A DNA stretch of 64,000 bases, from assembly GCA_977016875.1 (NCBI GenBank), contig CDRNST010000012.1:2046001-2110000 (forward strand), read 5' to 3'. The DNA is from Pavona decussata. Lineage: Eukaryota. The notes under the pieces are model-generated. The model ran no database searches, had not been told where the DNA came from, and worked only from the letters and a program-made list of their open reading frames with translations. Positions within the stretch are counted from its first letter, which is position 1. Every line of letters starts with the position of its first letter. This document shows positions 59,001-64,000 of this stretch, piece after piece. The translations under genes were made by a program, and so were the position numbers.

Positions 59001-59273
59001 TCTTGGAATCCAAAAAGAAAATTGGGGGTAACCACGCATTTTTCAGAGTAGTTAAGCAGTGATATCTCTAAAAAGCGCCAAAATGTAAAGCAATGTATGG
59101 GATTTTTTTCCTAAATTGAAGTTTAATTATCTCTGAAAAATGCATGGTTACCCCTAATTTTCCTTTGAGATACCAAAAGCACTTGCTAAGTTCTGCTTTC
59201 TCCGTATAGTTTTAAACCGCGCAAAATTATCCCTGTATTAGTAGGCACCACCCATAGGAAACCCGAGTATCTC

Positions 59274-59309
<36 letters not shown>

Positions 59310-62300
59310 CCACCGTCCTTAACATTCCTTGAGAGTAGTTATCTTGTGCTCAGTGAACTGTAGTCATGCAAGTCATCATTGTTTTTGCTGCAGTTTTAGC
59401 TCTTTTTTCCTGCTGAAGAAAGTTGAAAAACAAACAAGATAGATCAATTTAAAGAATTTTGTCATTATTATGACATAGCTTGTAAGTTTGTAATGGCAAT
59501 GGCTTCCTTCTCTGCCACCTGGCTAAATCAGTGCAAAATTCAAGAGGTAAGCGAGCATCTTCATGGGCTGCTCCAAAGCTGTGGAACACTCTACCTGTGA
59601 CATTTTTTAATTCAAACTGAAAACTTATTTTATTCAGAATTTAGTTAAATTTACTATTGTTTCAGTAATAAATTATTATTTTAGTCTACTTAATTCTGTA
59701 ATTTTTATTAACTTCTGTCTTTTTAACTTGGAAAACTGTTTAATTTTTTTATAAATTTTAGTTTATGTTACTCTTGTGTATGGTGGCCTACAAGGGGCAT
59801 GTTACAAACATAAAACAAACCATGCAAATAAAAAAGGAAAACGCGCCAATGAACAAAGAACCATGCAAATAAAGAGAAAATGCAGGCCATCATATTTGTG
59901 AAATAAATAGTTATTTGAATATTAACATAGAAATGCACTTGTCTATTAATACAAATTTTACTGTTATTTATTTATTTATTTATTTTGTATTATTAAGCGA
60001 TCACTATTTTGTTTTTTTCTTTTGGAAATGGATTTCTTCAAAATAAGGTCACCATAGATATGTTGCCTGTTAATGACTTGGTCTCTTTACCTTAAAGATA
60101 GGAGCTGATGGCCCACAGTCTTTGGTGCGCAAACAGGCAATGATGGATTATCTCTCTTGGAAATATGATCAGTCTGGAGTAGTAGCAACCCTTCATCTTG
60201 GCGAGGTATTTTTTTTCTAAAGCTGAATCTCACTCACGCTATTATCGATCATCAGATTAGACCAGTACTGAATGTTGACTGTGTAATATTTGCATCGTGT
60301 CCTCTGATCTATGCAATGTTTCAGTTAACTTTCAAAGTAAGGGAGTCAATGAAGGATTTTAAGGGATCAGTAGAATTGTGGGTCTCTCCTAGTCTTCCTA
60401 AGTTTACCATAATGATTCTATTTGTCGGGTAAGGAAGCCAGCTGTCTTGAGTTTTTGACTAGCCTGCGAATGCAGACGTATTTCCGGCTGTTGCTTCTCT
60501 CCAACAGCCATAAATACATCTGTGTTTTGAGGCTAGTTTTTGAACTGTGACCCCTCTCTTATCTGGAACACTGTCGATTTGCTAAAAGATGTGGCACAGC
60601 TTGAAAATATTCAAAGGCTAACTGTCAGTTTGTTTTTTAGATTACAGAGAATATTGTTGCATGGCAGAAGTTTTTACCAACAGGACCCATAGCATTATTA
60701 CCGGTAAGGAGCTAAAGATAAAATGTGTTTAACTTGACGGTAATAAATGCCAAGAAGGGAGGTGTTATTTACTTTGATAACGTTTCATCTGAAGTACAGA
60801 AATTGTTGAGTGACATAATTATGGAATGTACAATTTTCGAGAAGTTAGCCTTCATTCATGAATAAAACCCAAATATCACTTAATAGACCCTATGCAAAAA
60901 TGGCTGACATTCTAATTATTCTTTTGTAACTCGAGTTCAAATTACTCACGAGACTACAAACCTTGTTTTTGAGCTCAAAAATCAAAAGAATATTTTACCT
61001 TGAACAAGGCTAGTAGGGCTTAGTTGGATGTAGACAAAAAACATTGAAGTCATAGCACATAGGGTTTATAGACTATTAATATTCTCAAACATGATTATTT
61101 TTCAACTAACGAATTGGGACCAAAGCCTCTATGCAAACAATGAAAAAAAAGTCAACTTATATTTATTTAATAGTCTTTTTATTATTCTCCACAGTTAACA
61201 GAAAATTTAAGTTCATTAGTGTGGTCGACAACTCCTGAACATGCCAAGCATCTGATCTCCATGGAGGAAGACAGATTTGTTGATGCTGTTAACAATGCAT
61301 TTGTAAGTATGTAACTATGTTATTTGAATTTTAGTCAAAATCAGGAAGAACAGTTTGTATATTAAAATGTAACCACAATATGAAGTCAGTAGGTATTGCC
61401 TGTTTAATCTTTACAACATTTGACAACAGCTGAAGGAAATTTGTTTAAACCAGTCTGTCTCACCCCTCTTCTATCTAAGTTTTTTGCTGCCAGTACTCCT
61501 GCCCTCTTTCTTCTAGTCTAGTTCCCCATTCTCCAGGGTGTCTGTTTCCTGTCCTATTACAAAGTAATTTCTGTTAGTTTTTGTTACCTTACAGACCAGC
61601 CATTTTGCAAATGATGTACCAACTTGAAGGGGCAGGTTTACTGCTTTCTAATTTCTCTTTCTGTCATTGTTCAAATCTAGTCACGTTTGTAGCCTAGAAT
61701 TCTTTATTATTATTTTTACCTTAAATTTTGTTTATTCCTTCATAACAAGTGGGAAGACATGGAGCGCAATCCCCTTGTGGATCAGGTGACAGGAATGTCA
61801 CATCTTTTAGCTTCTGTATTTCAGCCATGGACAAGTGAGTAGACAAGAGTAAGCTTTGCTCATGTACAAAGATTTTTCACTGACCATGTTATTCCCGAGA
61901 GAAGTTCACAAACGTGAGAGAAATTGCGAAGATGAGTTCATGCATTACACAAGAGATGCATTCAAAGTTGGCTCTGAGTTCATGTATGATGAGAATTTTT
62001 ATTTACTGTTTTTATGTACTAGACAAGTTCTGGATTGTGAGTAAAAATTACTAAATAAATGCAGGTTTACATAATATGATGTAAGCACAAGTATAACCAT
62101 CAGCATATTAAACATAGACATATTCTCAATTGAAAAAATGTTGTCAGGTTAAAGGTGTATCGTGGATGATAAGACCAAGCAGCTTTCTGGGTAGCATTTG
62201 ACCTGTGATCTTTTTTTGCATATACATGTTTCTCACAAAGAGAAAAAAAAATATGAAATATGCACCTGCTAATTAGATCACCCATAATCCTATCAGGTTG

Positions 62301-63620
62301 CATTGTTTGCGATTCAGATTTTGCACAGACAAGGTTTTGTTTCCATTGAGTGTATTCTGTAGCCCAGTGATAAAGCCCAATCAGAACAAGTGGTTGCTCA
62401 CATCATATGAAGATGTTCATAAAATGCCATTACCTTGATTTACCATCTAGCATCTGGTACACAGTCTCCTCCAAGTGTGAGTTCAGTAGACCAAGGTAGT
62501 CGTGCCATGTTGCCTTATGGCTTTGGTCACGCGACAGAGTATGTCAGGCCAAGATTGGCTTTGATAGGGTAAGTCCATTTGAGTACTGAACAAATGACAC
62601 TGCCCAACAAATTTGACTGCTTAATTCACAAGATGTTGATCATCTAAGACCTTAAGCCAACTTTGAACATATAAACTGGTTCCATCCGCACAAAAGAAAC
62701 AAAATGGCTATTATATTGTTTATTGTTTTCACTCATATATATTCAAACCACGAAGAAACAGTCACTTTGCCTTTGCCTTTGCCTTGATGGAAGTAAATGC
62801 AGACCCCACAGAAGTTTTGTGAATTTAGTTATTCTTACAGACTGGTTCTTAAAAGTTCTTTACTTGCCAAACCTTCTGCTAGTTTTCCCCCATCTTCCCT
62901 ACCGAAGTTTAACGGTCAAAAGTGACACTGTTATCTCCCACTATTTTAGACTGCAACTTGATGGAAGTAACATCAAAATGTCGGAAAAAATAGTTTTAAT
63001 GACATTTTATCTTTTTAAACAGTGATGCAGCCCATAGAGTCCACCCTTTAGCAGGACAAGGTGTCAACCTTGGCTTTGGAGATGTTGCTTGCCTAAGGGA
63101 TGTCCTATCTGAAGCTGCTGAAGAAGGGAAAGATATTGGTAATTTAGAACTGTTAATGGTTTTAAAAAACCTGAACCTATGAAGTTTTCATTTTGTGTTT
63201 AAGCCATTAACGCCATTATTTTGATTACTGCGATCGCTTATATCTGGTTTCCAAAGCATGAACTACAGGCAAACTTAACCTCCTCTCAGCAGTCTTCGCA
63301 ACACTCAAACACTTTGTAGAAACTTACTTTAGGTATATTTCAATTTGCATGTTTAACCTCAAGATAACACAGCAAAACTCAAACATATTTTGAGTCTAGT
63401 TGTTAATTAATGCTAACAGAGAATTTGTTCTTCTCATCTATTTCCTTCTCTAGGATGTCTGGAACATCTGTTAACCTATGAAACCAGGCGACAACAGAGC
63501 GTTGTTCCCATGATCACTGCCATTGATATTCTAAAGAGACTTTACTCCACATCAAGTCCTTTACCAGTCCTTGCACGTTCAGTCGGCCTTATAGCAACTA
63601 ATGCTTTAGCACCAATTAAG
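56058..63620 (+). CDS. COQ6: Ubiquinone biosynthesis monooxygenase COQ6 (FAD-dependent), 12 exons in window, last exon beyond right edge
   Basis: Exons 56058-56221 ([12 protein letters not shown]), 57073-57204, 57621-57679, 58175-58381, 58802-58876, 60098-60205 (IGADG), 60641-60703 ([15 protein letters not shown]), 61195-61302, 61750-61834, 62451-62568, 63023-63138 ([20 protein letters not shown]), 63454-63620. Confidence 0.97.
56498..56945. mobile_element. MITE (~450 bp) in COQ6 intron 1
   Basis: TIRs CCCTGGGGGCTACTCCC / GGGAGTACCCCCGGG; internal TACCCTATTTATGACC repeats. Confidence 0.75.
58926..59318. mobile_element. Kolobok-type MITE (393 bp) in COQ6 intron 5
   Basis: TTAA|GGACGGTGCCTACTA ... 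TAGTAGCCACCGTCC|TTAA; GG..CC termini with TTAA duplication. Confidence 0.85.
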
Positions 63621-63889
63621 GTAACTTTTTATGCACAAAGCTTAAGCCCATGTATGTGGGATAATTTAGGATTACATTTTCAAATGACTCTGCTTTGAAT
63701 GAAAGAGCATGATAACATATCATGTTAGCAAACTTTGTGTTAGCAAAGTTAGTTCATGTTTGATGTTTCTTCCATTGAATTATTAAAATTAAAAAAATTT
63801 AAAATTATTAAACAAATTTTGTTTCCCACTTACAGACCTCAAATCCCAACAAACACCTTCCAGTTGTTCAAAGAGCAGAAAACTGCAAA

Positions 63890-64000
63890 TCAGGCCCCAG
63901 TTGTTGAAAGAGCGGATAACTTTATCCATTGGATAAGTCCAGCTGAGCGAATGTACTCCAACCAATGCTTTTGGCAAATTTTCCACACTATCCAATAATC
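63890..64000. mobile_element. Left end of a MITE-like repeat (truncated by window)
   Basis: CAGGCCCCAGTTGTTGAAAGAGCGGATAACTTTATCCATTGGATAA resembles an abundant anthozoan GGATAA/TTATCC-motif repeat. Confidence 0.5.

Overview
AT-rich, intron-rich animal genomic DNA. It is probably from an anthozoan cnidarian such as a stony coral; this is inferred from the repeat families and gene structures. Seven recognisable protein genes are present: XPO1/CRM1 (minus, about 30 exons, runs off the left edge), a ZNF410 orthologue with 7 C2H2 fingers (plus), an intronless SERTA-domain-like gene (minus), NAA80 (minus) head-to-head with ARMT1 (plus), and COMMD1 (minus) head-to-head with COQ6 (plus, runs off the right edge). 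Introns and spacers carry many MITEs, a non-autonomous Kolobok-type transposon with a decayed THAP ORF, and tRNA-derived repeats. The least explained region is about 28.0-41.3 kb. It looks like an unannotated minus-strand transcription unit: roughly 9 kb without a long ORF, holding a 6-copy ~790-bp tandem array and enriched in GTAAG motifs, then a chain of about 15-17 tiny exons ending at an AATAAA. Its introns carry a (T)GCAT motif at a near-fixed 18-23 nt from a CAG acceptor. All coordinates and counts were read by eye and may be off by a few bases.
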